The notes beneath the pieces are model-generated. The model did no database searches. It was given only the letters and a program-made list of their open reading frames with translations, and was not told the DNA's origin. A stretch of DNA of 64,000 nucleotides. Source: Nitrosopumilus sp. (lineage in GTDB: Archaea; Thermoproteota; Nitrososphaeria; Nitrososphaerales; Nitrosopumilaceae). Below, piece after piece: positions 9,793-20,186 of the stretch. The position numbers and the translations under genes were made by a program. The stretch covers positions 640,001 through 704,000 of the forward strand of contig CBDBGZ010000009.1 of the NCBI GenBank assembly GCA_965205425.1, written 5' to 3'. Each line of letters starts with the position of its first letter. Position 1 is the first letter of the stretch.

Positions 9793-11337
9793 TTAGTATT
9801 TCCTAAAAAATCCTGAAGCTATCATTATTAATCCCGATGAAATCATTCCAATAATTCCTAATGATTCATTTGATTGGAATAATAATACAGATCCAATAAA
9901 AATTGCTGATGCAAAAATACTTCCACTAAGTAAAGCCATAGGTTTTCTTTTTTTCATAAAAATTTGAGCTTCATCCATTAGCTTTTGCATATCTGGTCCT
10001 AAACGAATTGCAGAGTCAATTGACTTTGAAAAATTTTCAAATGAGATCTTTAATTCTTCTACATATGCTCGTGGTATAAGATTCTCTTCTTGGAGAATAT
10101 TTTTTAATACTTTAACAAATTTGAAATCAACATCATGTGTTTTGTAAATTCCTTCAATAATTGATGCCATTCTCATATACAACGCTAAATTTTTGGGCAA
10201 TACAAAAGGGAATTTACTCATTGTTTGATTTGCAAGTTCCATTAAACTTTGTACTTCCATTTCATCAGGCTTATTTCCATGCATTGCACGAATCGAAAGC
10301 TCAATTCCTTTTTCAATAACTGCTCTGTTGTATCCAGGAGTTAGCATTGAAAGATCATTCATTGCATTAACTACTCGTGAAGGATTTTTTTCAACGAGTG
10401 CTAGATAAAGTCGTATTAACTTGAATCGTGTTTCATTGTTTATTCTTCCTACCATTCCATAATCATATAATATCAATTTCCCATCATCAGTCACTGAAAT
10501 GTTACCTGGATGCGGATCTGCATGAAAAATTGAATGCTTAAGAAGCATTGTGAAAAATACTTTGTGAACATCAATTACAAGTTGTTCCCTATCAATTCCT
10601 TTTTCATCTAAGGCTTGTACATTTGTGACCTTAATTCCTGGTAAATATTCCATAGTTAGAACATTTTTGGATGAAAAATCATCATAAACAGTGGGTACAA
10701 TGACGTTGTTTGAATTTTCCATGTCTTTTTTAATTTTTTTAAGATTCTCAGATTCGTTGGTATAATCCATCTCTTCATGGATGGTTTCAATAAATTGAGA
10801 AAGCATAGCTTTTGCAGAATAGCGTAAATTTGGATCAACAAATCTTAATGCGAAAGGGAGAACTTTTTTTAGAACTTTAAGATCTTTTGCTATAATTTTT
10901 TCTATTCCAGGTCTTTTGACTTTGACAACTATTTGTTGCCCAGAAATTGAACCACGATAAACTTGTCCTAATGAAGCACCTGAAATTGAATTAGGATCAA
11001 TTTCATCAAATTTTTCATCTATTGAACCAATTTCTTTTTCAATTATTGGTTTTACTTGATCAAATGGGGCAGATGGAACATTATCTTGAAGTTTTGAAAG
11101 CTCTTCCAAGTAAGGTTGAGGTAAAATATCGGCTCTTGAAGAAAGCCATTGACCTAGTTTTATGTAAACAGGTCCTAATGAAATAAAAGTATCCAAGACT
11201 TTACGAGCATTTTTTCTAAATTGTTTTGAATCAATTTGATTTTTTTCTTGATTAATCCATTTCTTTCTATCCTTACGTAATGCTAGAATAGAAGGGAGTA
11301 ATTTGAAAAGGACTTGGATTGTTCTAACAGTAGACAT
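9793..11337 (-). CDS. ABC1/UbiB (AarF) family atypical kinase
   Basis: LGPVYIKLGQ, ASLGQVY, VVKVKRP, FHADPHPGN, DYGMVG. Confidence 0.93.
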   Translation of the reverse strand: MSTVRTIQVLFKLLPSILALRKDRKKWINQEKNQIDSKQFRKNARKVLDTFISLGPVYIKLGQWLSSRADILPQPYLEELSKLQDNVPSAPFDQVKPIIEKEIGSIDEKFDEIDPNSISGASLGQVYRGSISGQQIVVKVKRPGIEKIIAKDLKVLKKVLPFALRFVDPNLRYSAKAMLSQFIETIHEEMDYTNESENLKKIKKDMENSNNVIVPTVYDDFSSKNVLTMEYLPGIKVTNVQALDEKGIDREQLVIDVHKVFFTMLLKHSIFHADPHPGNISVTDDGKLILYDYGMVGRINNETRFKLIRLYLALVEKNPSRVVNAMNDLSMLTPGYNRAVIEKGIELSIRAMHGNKPDEMEVQSLMELANQTMSKFPFVLPKNLALYMRMASIIEGIYKTHDVDFKFVKVLKNILQEENLIPRAYVEELKISFENFSKSIDSAIRLGPDMQKLMDEAQIFMKKRKPMALLSGSIFASAIFIGSVLLFQSNESLGIIGMISSGLIMIASGFFRKY

Positions 11338-11342
11338 ATTAT

Positions 11343-11726
11343 TTACTCCAAATAACTTTTAATTTTCTTAGTTGCTACGTAGCCGAAATATCCAGAAATT
11401 ATTGACGAGAGTAAACCAGTAGAAATAGTTAATTTTTTTGAATCTTTATTCATTACTTTCTTTGCAATTTGTGAACCTCCAAAAACTCCACATGCTAAAC
11501 CAATTAAGACTTCAGGTGCATCATAAACTAAATGTCCAATCGGATCAATTCTAGGATCAATTTTATCTGTATGAACTAAAAATTTATCATTATATTCTCT
11601 AATGTGTAAATTACCATAACGGTATTGTTTATCTGCTCCATTTTTTTGTCCAAGGAATGTTTCTTCAGCATCTTCTAGCATGAATTCTCGTAATTCCTTT
11701 GGGACTTCAATTTCATCCCCAGGCAT
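11343..11726 (-). CDS. hypothetical protein with C-terminal hydrophobic helices
   Basis: 127-aa ORF co-oriented 5 nt upstream of the ABC1 kinase. Confidence 0.75.
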   Translation of the reverse strand: MPGDEIEVPKELREFMLEDAEETFLGQKNGADKQYRYGNLHIREYNDKFLVHTDKIDPRIDPIGHLVYDAPEVLIGLACGVFGGSQIAKKVMNKDSKKLTISTGLLSSIISGYFGYVATKKIKSYLE

Positions 11727-11959
11727 AATCGCAAGATCTAGTAATTGCTTATAATCTTACGGTATAGAATACGAACAGTCTAAGACCAATAACGAATTGT
11801 ATTTTGGTGACGACTAGATTAATTGTAGTAAAATAGTATTTAGATCTCACTGAGAATTTCTACGTGTATCTTTTATTCAGAAAAAATATATTTTATTCAA
11901 ATAGATAGGATGGAGGCTTTTCTCAAAAAATGTCCTTACACCATCTATTACATAAAATA

Positions 11960-12148
11960 TCATGTTTTCAAATTATTTTTTGTAAAAAGTATAAAACTTA
12001 TTCCAAATGCTATTAACATTAACACTCCAGTTACGTATGCATAATTAAATCCAATATTTGGATGAGTTTCTTGATGGTAATAATTTATCAAAAATGTTAG
12101 AACTAACAAAATTGCACCAAGATAAGTTAATTTGTGATGAATTTCCAT
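11960..12148 (-). CDS. small two-TM membrane protein
   Basis: MEIHHKLTYLGAILLVLTFL...; two hydrophobic segments. Confidence 0.6.
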   Translation of the reverse strand: MEIHHKLTYLGAILLVLTFLINYYHQETHPNIGFNYAYVTGVLMLIAFGISFILFTKNNLKT

Positions 12149-12190
12149 CAACATAAAAAAATCTCAATAACTATATGAACTTAGGAAAAT

Positions 12191-12295
12191 TTACAAAAGT
12201 GGAGTTGTGATAAATCCCACAATACTACCTGCTAGAAAGAGAAAAATGCCCTTTGCCATACCCAATATTATTTCCTTAAGATATGATATAATCAT
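12191..12295 (-). CDS. possible 34-aa hydrophobic microprotein
   Basis: Read manually: MIISYLKEIILGMAKGIFLFLAGSIVGFITTPLL*; sits in a co-oriented gene run. Confidence 0.35.
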   Translation of the reverse strand: MIISYLKEIILGMAKGIFLFLAGSIVGFITTPLL

Positions 12296-12330
12296 GATCT
12301 AAATTTCCCAAAAATGGAAATATCTATTGA

Positions 12331-12663
12331 TTATGGGTCAGATTCCATTTGGGACAATTTTGTAATTACTTGTTCCAATTCTGCTTTGTTTTCATCAATT
12401 ACTCGTTTTATTACTTCAATCTCTTCATTAATTTGATCTAAATGTACATCATCAGAATTTGTGATTTGATTTTCTAGATCTTCTAAGACTTGTTGATTAT
12501 ACTGATTTATTTTTTCTAATTCATTTTTGTATTTTTCTAATTTTTCATATTGATTAGAAATTTCAGGAACATCAATGTATTCTTGAGATGATAGAAAACC
12601 TAATGAAATTACTACACCACCTATAGATAAGACTGCAATGAGAATGATAATAGTTAATCTCAA
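12331..12663 (-). CDS. membrane-anchored coiled-coil protein
   Basis: N-terminal TM, heptad-rich acidic C-terminus. Confidence 0.7.
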   Translation of the reverse strand: MRLTIIILIAVLSIGGVVISLGFLSSQEYIDVPEISNQYEKLEKYKNELEKINQYNQQVLEDLENQITNSDDVHLDQINEEIEVIKRVIDENKAELEQVITKLSQMESDP

Positions 12664-12708
12664 TTTGATTAATACTTAATTCTCCATTTTAGATTTAAAA
12701 TTATATCT

Positions 12709-14013
12709 TTAATTTACCTCAATTGCAGCTTTTTTACGCCTGCGAATTATGTAAAATGCTGCACCAATTACCAAAATTAATGGAATGATAATCATTGTTG
12801 GATCAGTTTGATTTTCATCACCATTTGTTGGCTCTTCAACAAAAATTGTCTGTTCATGAGTTAGAAAGATCTCATCCCTAGTACTATCTTTGTATCTAAC
12901 TGTAATTTTGATATCATGTTCTCCATATTTTGGTTCACCATCAAATTCAATTGGGATGTTAAATGGCACTGGTGCATCAACTTCAATTTCATCAATAAAT
13001 TGAGTTGTTGATTTAATATTAGAATCACCTTTAGATTCAATAGAAACAAAACCAAATAATCCATCTTCATTTCCTTCATTAATTATCTCTCCAATTACCA
13101 TTTGTGTACCAGATAATTCAATAACATCTACATTGAAAATAGTTAAATCAATCAATCCTTTAATGTAAAAATCAACAATCTTTGAAACTTCATGCAAATC
13201 TCCATGTGCATTATAATATGAAATGGACAAAGGGATTCTTAGAGTATCACCTCTTAATGATTCAGGGACATATACTGTTGCAGTAAGATGTTTTGCAGAT
13301 TTTGGATCAATATTTCCAACATCCCAACTAGATTCCAAAATTACAACATTTTCAACATTGGTTGTAGATGATGATGTAGATGCAAGTTCAGTAGATGTAT
13401 TTGTTGCAATAATATCTACACCAGAAATTTGAGCAGTGCCATCATTAGCAATTTCAATTACTACATTATTGGATCTTAAAGAGGTAAGAAACGGTTCCAT
13501 AGCTTTAACATTGATTACACTATCACCTGTTACCTTAAAATCAAAATCAGCAAATGCTGTTCTAACTCCAGATTCTCTTAATCTAGAATAATCTACTTTT
13601 ACAGTTCCAGGATATTGTTGAATTTGTGCATTTTTGCCAATGTTTACAAAAAATGTTAAGTGGAAATTCTCTCCTGCTAATGAGTTTGAATCACTATCAG
13701 CATGAATTACTGAGCCTGGACCATCAGATGCAGAAAAACCTAATGGTAGAGATAATTGTCCTCTAATTCCTGTAATATCTTGAGTTCCTACATTAGCAAA
13801 TACAACAGTAAATGGAACATTACCGTCTCCTGATTCAACTTCAATTTTATCATTAAGCGTACCAAAATATGCATCTAAAAATTTGACATCACCAAAATCT
13901 CTTTCAAATGGAGATTGTCCAAATCCTCCAGATGTAATTTGTGCATGAGAATTACCAATAATCATTGGAAGCAACCATATCACAAGTAATGATAAAATAA
14001 TTTTAGAATTCAT
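12709..14013 (-). CDS. secreted COG1361-like S-layer/Ig-repeat protein with C-terminal TM anchor
   Basis: Signal peptide, repeated N-x-G beta-sandwich motifs, C-terminal TM followed by RRRKK. Confidence 0.8.
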   Translation of the reverse strand: MNSKIILSLLVIWLLPMIIGNSHAQITSGGFGQSPFERDFGDVKFLDAYFGTLNDKIEVESGDGNVPFTVVFANVGTQDITGIRGQLSLPLGFSASDGPGSVIHADSDSNSLAGENFHLTFFVNIGKNAQIQQYPGTVKVDYSRLRESGVRTAFADFDFKVTGDSVINVKAMEPFLTSLRSNNVVIEIANDGTAQISGVDIIATNTSTELASTSSSTTNVENVVILESSWDVGNIDPKSAKHLTATVYVPESLRGDTLRIPLSISYYNAHGDLHEVSKIVDFYIKGLIDLTIFNVDVIELSGTQMVIGEIINEGNEDGLFGFVSIESKGDSNIKSTTQFIDEIEVDAPVPFNIPIEFDGEPKYGEHDIKITVRYKDSTRDEIFLTHEQTIFVEEPTNGDENQTDPTMIIIPLILVIGAAFYIIRRRKKAAIEVN

Positions 14014-14705
14014 TATGCAGTTATCTCCATTTTTGGTGGTACATCACCTTCAAATGCTCTACCATCTTTAATTGTAATTACTCTATCAACATCACCGAAA
14101 TGTTGTCTATCATGTGTTACGATAATGAATGTCTGGTTTAGTTTTTTGGCCATTGATTTCATTAATTGAACAATTGTTTCGGAAGTAACAGAATCAAGAT
14201 TGCCTGTTGGCTCATCTGCTAATACAATTGATGGTTTATTGATTAAACCTCGTGCAATAGCTACTCTTTGAGCTTGTCCACCAGATATTTTATTGGCACG
14301 TTTATGGATTTGACCTTCAAGTCCAACTGCTTTTAGTAAATCTATTGCATCTTTTTCAGCATTGTTATTACCTGCCATTTGTAGAGGTAACAAAACATTT
14401 TCTAAAACTGAAAGATCAGTGAGTAGATTTGAGAATTGGAAGATAAATCCAAGTTTTTTATTTCTAAATGAAGATATTTCATTATCATTGAGTGTAGTAG
14501 TATCAACTCCATCAATTGAGATTTTTCCATTTGTAGGATGATCTAATAATCCAATCATATTTAGTAATGTAGATTTACCAGATCCAGAACTACCAACAAT
14601 TAAAACAAATTCTCCTTGTTTAATTGAAAATGAAACATCATCAAGAGCTTTTACTTGACTATCACTTTCCCCATAGATTTTATTGAGATTATTAATCTCA
14701 AGCAC
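14013..14705 (-). CDS. ABC transporter ATP-binding protein (LolD/MacB type)
   Basis: GSSGSGKST, ISGGQAQRVAIAR, LADEPTGNLD; GTG at 14705 chosen to avoid overlap with the permease. Confidence 0.93.
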   Translation of the reverse strand: MLEINNLNKIYGESDSQVKALDDVSFSIKQGEFVLIVGSSGSGKSTLLNMIGLLDHPTNGKISIDGVDTTTLNDNEISSFRNKKLGFIFQFSNLLTDLSVLENVLLPLQMAGNNNAEKDAIDLLKAVGLEGQIHKRANKISGGQAQRVAIARGLINKPSIVLADEPTGNLDSVTSETIVQLMKSMAKKLNQTFIIVTHDRQHFGDVDRVITIKDGRAFEGDVPPKMEITA

Positions 14706-14706
14706 G

Positions 14707-15894
14707 TTAGACAGTTCGCATAGCCTCCACAGGTAGTAATTTTGTCGCTCTATACGACGGGTATAGAGATGCAATTATTGCTAAACTAAATGACATTAAT
14801 GCTGTTTGGAAAATTTTTTCCCAGTTATAGGTTACTTCTAGTTCAAGACTTCCAGCAAATGACATTTTTGTTTCTTTAGCGTAAAAAGTATAACCTAATC
14901 CAGCTGCAGTGCCAACACCAGCACCAATAGCTCCAATTATCATTCCTTGAAAAATAAAAATTATTAAAATATCTTTTCGTTTAGCTCCTATAGATCTCAT
15001 TACACCTATTTCTCTAGTTTTCCCATTTACTAACATCATTTGGATTGTAACAACTGCAAATGCAGAAGACATCATTCCGAAATAACCAACCATGTTAATC
15101 ATAGCAATACCAGATCTAAAACCTTCAAGTTGTGATTCAGATGCTTCTTCTGTAGTTTCAGCAATAAAGTCATCGTTAGGAAATGAACGCAAAAAGAATT
15201 CTTTAACTTCTGTTGAAGTAGAGGAATCATGTAGTTTTACCATAAATGAACTTGTATCTCCATGTCTACTCATCATATCACGTAAAGTATCAATATGAAT
15301 AACACCAGAATAATCAAATCCTGTTCCTCCTGGCGAATCTGCTATTCCAGTAACTAGAAATCTTCTAATTTGATCTTGTCCCCATCTATCAACTACAAGA
15401 ACTTTTACGCTATCACCTACTTGAGCTCCTCCTAAATCTCTTGCAACAGAAGATCCTAATACAATAGAGTTTCTTGAAAAAACAAAACTTCCATCAGAAA
15501 CAGTCGCGTGTGCTGTAGAAGCTCTAACATCATTAAATGGATCAACTCCTACCAATGGAATTCTACTTTCTTCAACTAATTTTCCATTTTTTGTCATGTT
15601 CATTTCAGATGTTGCAGATAGCCGCGGAGTTGCGGCTTTAACATCTGGGATGCGTTCAAACCATCGAATAAGAGACTGATCAGATTTATCAATAAAATCA
15701 AATTCATCAGTTACAATCACATCACCTGTAGTGTAATCACGGATATCTCTGACAAAAGCATCATACAATCCTTGAAAAATTACAAAATTTACGTGAATAA
15801 CTAAAATCCCAACAGTTACCGCTAAAATGGCTCCAATTAGACTACCTCTTTTATTGAATAGCATTCTTTTTGCAAGTTTTACCCTATAATCCAC
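14707..15894 (-). CDS. ABC transporter permease (LolC/E / MacB / FtsX type)
   Basis: One N-terminal TM, large extracellular domain, KTREIGVMRSIGA, YPSYRATKLLPVEAMR. Confidence 0.92.
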   Translation of the reverse strand: MDYRVKLAKRMLFNKRGSLIGAILAVTVGILVIHVNFVIFQGLYDAFVRDIRDYTTGDVIVTDEFDFIDKSDQSLIRWFERIPDVKAATPRLSATSEMNMTKNGKLVEESRIPLVGVDPFNDVRASTAHATVSDGSFVFSRNSIVLGSSVARDLGGAQVGDSVKVLVVDRWGQDQIRRFLVTGIADSPGGTGFDYSGVIHIDTLRDMMSRHGDTSSFMVKLHDSSTSTEVKEFFLRSFPNDDFIAETTEEASESQLEGFRSGIAMINMVGYFGMMSSAFAVVTIQMMLVNGKTREIGVMRSIGAKRKDILIIFIFQGMIIGAIGAGVGTAAGLGYTFYAKETKMSFAGSLELEVTYNWEKIFQTALMSFSLAIIASLYPSYRATKLLPVEAMRTV

Positions 15895-15922
15895 GATAGA
15901 AATAGAATAGTCTAATATATAA

Positions 15923-15955
15923 TGTCTATGATGTATAGTGCTAACAGTATAGACA
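15923..15955. promoter_or_regulatory. imperfect palindrome, candidate operator between ABC operon and Lrp regulator
   Basis: TGTCTAT (15923-15929) ... ATAGACA (15949-15955), partial symmetry in the spacer. Confidence 0.35.
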
Positions 15956-16010
15956 ATTTTATATCATATTAGTTATTTCTATAGTTCATGGAGTCCTTTT
16001 AGGTGATATA

Positions 16011-16913
16011 ATGGACAATTTAGATATGAAAATATTGAATCGGTTATTGAATAATTGTAGAGAATCTGACAGGCAAATAGGCATAGAATTAGGAATTTCT
16101 GGAGGTGCAGTAAGAGCTAGAATTCGAAAGATGCAAAAAAACAAAATCATAGAGGATTTCTTCATCAAAGTAGAGCCTCCTGTATTGGGCTATGGAATAT
16201 TGTACTTTGTAGTTACAGGTGAAAATATTTCAGAAATTTTAGAGCAAGCTAGTCTCGTGGGTGAACCATATTTTGTCGTTCCATGTGTAGGAGGAATAAC
16301 AGTCTGTGGAATTTCTATTAAAGAAAATATAAATCAGAAAATTGAACTTGCAAAAAAATTGATGAAAGATGTCAGAGTTCTAAGTATATTCGAGGCAGAA
16401 AATCCTGGATTTAGTTCAAATTTAACAAAAACTGATTTAGAAATCTTAGAAGAATTAATTAAAGATCCAAGACAAAAAATTGAACAAATTGCAAAGAATA
16501 CAAAAATGTCAACAAAAACAATCACTAGATGCATAGAAAAATTTCAAGAAAATGATGGAATACAGTTTACATTAGTTTATGATCCAAAAAAAATTGAAGG
16601 TTTTATTCCTCATGCTGTACTAACATGGATTGATGGAGATTTAAAAGAAACCTTAGAAACATTAAACAATTCATTTTCAAATTCATATTTACAAATTCCT
16701 TTTATAGCAAAAAATCAAATTGTTTTGTTTATGTATAGTGATAGTATTTTTAAAATGGATGAATTAACACAAAAAGTTAGAAATGTTAAAAATGTAAAAT
16801 CAGCAGATTTGTTTATTCCAAAAAAGATTTTATTTTATATTAAATGGATAGAAAAAGCTATTAATGATTTTAAAAAATCACCTAAATTACATTTATCATA
16901 TCAAACAAATTAA
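16011..16913 (+). CDS. AsnC/Lrp family regulator with duplicated HTH
   Basis: Two Lrp-type HTH starts (MDNLDMKILNRL..., LTKTDLEILEELIKDPR...). Confidence 0.88.
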   Translation: MDNLDMKILNRLLNNCRESDRQIGIELGISGGAVRARIRKMQKNKIIEDFFIKVEPPVLGYGILYFVVTGENISEILEQASLVGEPYFVVPCVGGITVCGISIKENINQKIELAKKLMKDVRVLSIFEAENPGFSSNLTKTDLEILEELIKDPRQKIEQIAKNTKMSTKTITRCIEKFQENDGIQFTLVYDPKKIEGFIPHAVLTWIDGDLKETLETLNNSFSNSYLQIPFIAKNQIVLFMYSDSIFKMDELTQKVRNVKNVKSADLFIPKKILFYIKWIEKAINDFKKSPKLHLSYQTN

Positions 16914-16938
16914 ATAAGAATAATTTTCTATATACAAT

Positions 16939-17454
16939 ATGAAAGAAACTAAAATTTATGAAGGAAAAATTTTAGGTCTTAGTGTTTATGATGGAAAAAT
17001 AGAAGGTAGAAAAATTAAACGAGAATATATTAAACATAGAGGAGCTGCAGCAATGCTTGCTTTTGATGAAAATAAAAAAATAATTCTTGTTAAACAGCAC
17101 AGATTCCCACATGGATATGTTTTAGAAATTCCTGCTGGAACACTAGAAAAAGAAGAAGAACCGATAAAATGTGCATTTAGAGAATTGGAAGAAGAGACAG
17201 GATACAGAGCAAAAAAGATGACTCCTTTGATTACATACTATCCTTCAATTGGCTATAATGCAGAGGTGATTCATTGTTTTGTAGCCTCAGGATTAAAGAA
17301 AATTTCAGATTTGAAACTTGATGAGGATGAGATTTTGTCAGTAGTAAAAATGGAGTTTAAAAAAGTACTATCAATGATAAAAACTGGGAAAATTCAAGAT
17401 TCAAAAACTATTTGTGCTGTTTTGACATATGCTACAAAGAAAAAATTGTATTAA
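16939..17454 (+). CDS. NUDIX hydrolase (ADP-ribose pyrophosphatase-like)
   Basis: [27 protein letters not shown]udix box. Confidence 0.92.
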   Translation: MKETKIYEGKILGLSVYDGKIEGRKIKREYIKHRGAAAMLAFDENKKIILVKQHRFPHGYVLEIPAGTLEKEEEPIKCAFRELEEETGYRAKKMTPLITYYPSIGYNAEVIHCFVASGLKKISDLKLDEDEILSVVKMEFKKVLSMIKTGKIQDSKTICAVLTYATKKKLY

Positions 17455-18435
17455 TTATTCATTGTAAATAGGTTGTACAAGATCTGCAACATCAGCCCAA
17501 GATTGTGCAATTCTTTCAAACATGTAAATTAAATCAAGGAAATCCAATGGAATTTGTTTTTTATTATCTAAACTAGTTCGTAGTAAACTAAGTTTTTCTT
17601 CATATTGTTTATGTAATGATATTGCCTCTATAGCTAAAAGTCTGTCAGGTTTTGTAAATGCATCAATAGATTTTTCTGCAAGTTTATTAAAATCTCTTAC
17701 TACATCATAAATTTTCTTTGAATATTCTTTTGATAAAGAAAAATTAAAAATGAAATTTGATAATTCAACAATAGAATCACCAGCATTTTCAAGAACATTT
17801 GCAGCAACTCTATAATCAAGCACATCAATATTTTCTAAATTAAATGCATTAGCTAATCTTCTATCAACTAAAGTACTACGAATTAGACGAACCAATAAAA
17901 AATATTGTCTATTTACTTCAACATCTCGATTTGATAATGTTTGTAGATTAGATTTATCATCTGAAATTAATCCATTTAAAACATCATCATACATTCCAAG
18001 TGCAATTGAACTCATTCTCTTGAGAATTTTTGCAGGATCAAGAGTTGTTGCATCCAAAAGAAATTGCATGTTAATATGAGATGCATCCTCTTCAATTATT
18101 TCCATTCCAACTAGACGTCTCATTGAATTACGAATTTCTTCTCTATCTTTACCTGGAATAATTGATTTTGAATTAATTTCAATTATGTCATATCCTAAAA
18201 GATATGCACCAGTAATATTTGCTACAATATTTTCTTCTTTAGGTAATGGATAAGAAATCACAAGTTCTTTTGTTGGACGAGTTTCTTTATTGGCAGAAAT
18301 TGAAATGCTATCTTGACCAGTTTCAAGTTCAACTTGGCTGCTTTTATCTAGATTATTTGCATCAACCCATTCTTTAGGTAATGATACTAGGATGCTACTT
18401 CCAATTCTTTGTAGGCGTCGAATGAATTTAGTCAA
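17455..18435 (-). CDS. phoU: phosphate uptake regulator (AbrB-like N-terminus + PhoU domains)
   Basis: RRLQRIGSSILVSLPKEW AbrB motif; LENAGD and FERIA PhoU repeats. Confidence 0.88.
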   Translation of the reverse strand: MTKFIRRLQRIGSSILVSLPKEWVDANNLDKSSQVELETGQDSISISANKETRPTKELVISYPLPKEENIVANITGAYLLGYDIIEINSKSIIPGKDREEIRNSMRRLVGMEIIEEDASHINMQFLLDATTLDPAKILKRMSSIALGMYDDVLNGLISDDKSNLQTLSNRDVEVNRQYFLLVRLIRSTLVDRRLANAFNLENIDVLDYRVAANVLENAGDSIVELSNFIFNFSLSKEYSKKIYDVVRDFNKLAEKSIDAFTKPDRLLAIEAISLHKQYEEKLSLLRTSLDNKKQIPLDFLDLIYMFERIAQSWADVADLVQPIYNE

Positions 18436-18500
18436 TTTATACTAATTTAATTAATTTAAGCCATATTCTTATATTTTGTGTAAAATTTAAACTCAGATCA

Positions 18501-19412
18501 ATGGAGGCAACCGCATTTTGTCCAGCTCACATTACAGGTTTTTTCAAAGCCCATTTAGAAGACAATCACGATAATTTAGAAAATTTAGGGTCAATGGGAG
18601 CAGGTTTCTCAATTAAGCAAGGAGTAACTACTAGAGTAAAAGTAAAGCAAAAAGATAATCAAGAATCAAATTTTAAAATTACAACTCATGGATATCAATC
18701 AGATAAAACAGATGTTTCAGAATATGTATTAAATGAATTTTTGAAACTAGGAGAATTTACAAATAAATTTTTTGAAATAGAGCATGACATTACAATTCCA
18801 GTTGGATATGGTTTAGGATCAAGTAGTGCAGTTGCATTATCTTTATCATTTGCATTAGATCAAGCCCTTGAAACAAAACTAGATAGAATAATCATAGGTC
18901 AAATTGCACATAACGCAGAAGTAAATTGTAAAACAGGACTCGGTGATGTTTTAGCTTCGTATCATGGTGGATTTGAAATTCGTGTTAAACCAGGAGCTCC
19001 AGGAATTGGTCATGTTGAAAAAATAGATACTGAAAAAATTTCTATTATTATGATTTGTTTCTCACCAATTTCTACAAATAAATTCATCAAAGAACGATTA
19101 TCTCAAATTAATGGTTTAGGAGGAAAAATGGTAAATAAATTATTAGAATCAAAAAACTATGAACATTTTCAAGATATGTCTTTAGAATTTGCAAAATATG
19201 TAGATGTTATGACCCCTAGAATGCAGAAACTAGTTGATGAGTTATCTGAAAATAATATTAAATGTGGAATAGCTCTTTTCGGTGAAACAATTTTTTCAAT
19301 GGTACCACAAAAAGAAGAATCCAAAGTGGTAGAAATTTTACAAAAATATTCTGATGGAATAATAATTCAATCAGAACTAGATGATAACGGAGCAAGGGTT
19401 CTTAATAATTAA
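18501..19412 (+). CDS. pantoate kinase (GHMP family)
   Basis: AFCPAHITGFF, GSMGAG, PVGYGLGSSSA, AEVNCKTGLGDV; heads the CoA cluster. Confidence 0.92.
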   Translation: MEATAFCPAHITGFFKAHLEDNHDNLENLGSMGAGFSIKQGVTTRVKVKQKDNQESNFKITTHGYQSDKTDVSEYVLNEFLKLGEFTNKFFEIEHDITIPVGYGLGSSSAVALSLSFALDQALETKLDRIIIGQIAHNAEVNCKTGLGDVLASYHGGFEIRVKPGAPGIGHVEKIDTEKISIIMICFSPISTNKFIKERLSQINGLGGKMVNKLLESKNYEHFQDMSLEFAKYVDVMTPRMQKLVDELSENNIKCGIALFGETIFSMVPQKEESKVVEILQKYSDGIIIQSELDDNGARVLNN

Positions 19413-19421
19413 TTAAAAATC

Positions 19422-20186
19422 ATGCCATTAATTCCTAAATCTCATCCAAGAGTAAAATCATTATTGATTCGTGAAAAATTAGTTGATGGATTTGATAAAG
19501 GATTAGTGGCTAAAGAGGGACTTTTGGCTCAAGGTAGAGGTGAAGCATTTGATTATCTTCTTGGGGAGAAAACAGGAAAAGCTGCATCGCAAGCAATCAA
19601 AGCTGCAGCAGCACAATTACTTCTAGCAGAAATGCCTGTCATTTCAATCAATGGAAACATCGCAGCATTATGTCCAAAACAAATTGTCAAGCTATCAAAT
19701 CAGATTAAAGCAAAATTAGAGGTGAATCTATTCTATTCCAATGAGAAAAGAAAACAGGCAATTATCAAAACTCTCAAAAAAAATGGTGCAAAGGAAATTT
19801 TAGGTACAAAAAGTACTTCATCTAAAAAACTACCAGGAATTGATTCAGCAAGACGAATTGTAGATAAAGATGGGATTTTTGTAGCAGATGTAGTAGTAGT
19901 TCCATTAGAAGATGGAGATAGAACGATGGCACTTAGAAAAGCAGGTAAAACAGTCATAACATTTGATCTAAATCCTCTTTCAAGAACCTCACAGACTGCA
20001 AACATTACAATTGTAGATAATGTGACAAGAGCAATTGATTTGTTAATTAATGAATCAAAAAAACTTTCAAAAAAGAACCAAAAAAGTCTTTTAAAAATTA
20101 TTGATGAATTTGATAATAAGAAAAATCTAAGAGAAAATGTCATGCAAATAAAAAATAATTTAACAAGGAGAGCAAAAATTGCATAA
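19422..20186 (+). CDS. phosphopantothenate synthetase (archaeal)
   Basis: IPKSHPR, GRGEAFDYLLGE, VPLEDGDR, DLNPLSRT. Confidence 0.93.
   Translation: MPLIPKSHPRVKSLLIREKLVDGFDKGLVAKEGLLAQGRGEAFDYLLGEKTGKAASQAIKAAAAQLLLAEMPVISINGNIAALCPKQIVKLSNQIKAKLEVNLFYSNEKRKQAIIKTLKKNGAKEILGTKSTSSKKLPGIDSARRIVDKDGIFVADVVVVPLEDGDRTMALRKAGKTVITFDLNPLSRTSQTANITIVDNVTRAIDLLINESKKLSKKNQKSLLKIIDEFDNKKNLRENVMQIKNNLTRRAKIA

Noticed and set aside
11900..11949. Weak hairpin (AATAGAT...ATCTATT) in intergenic DNA
   Set aside because: Imperfect and AT-rich; cannot support an ncRNA call
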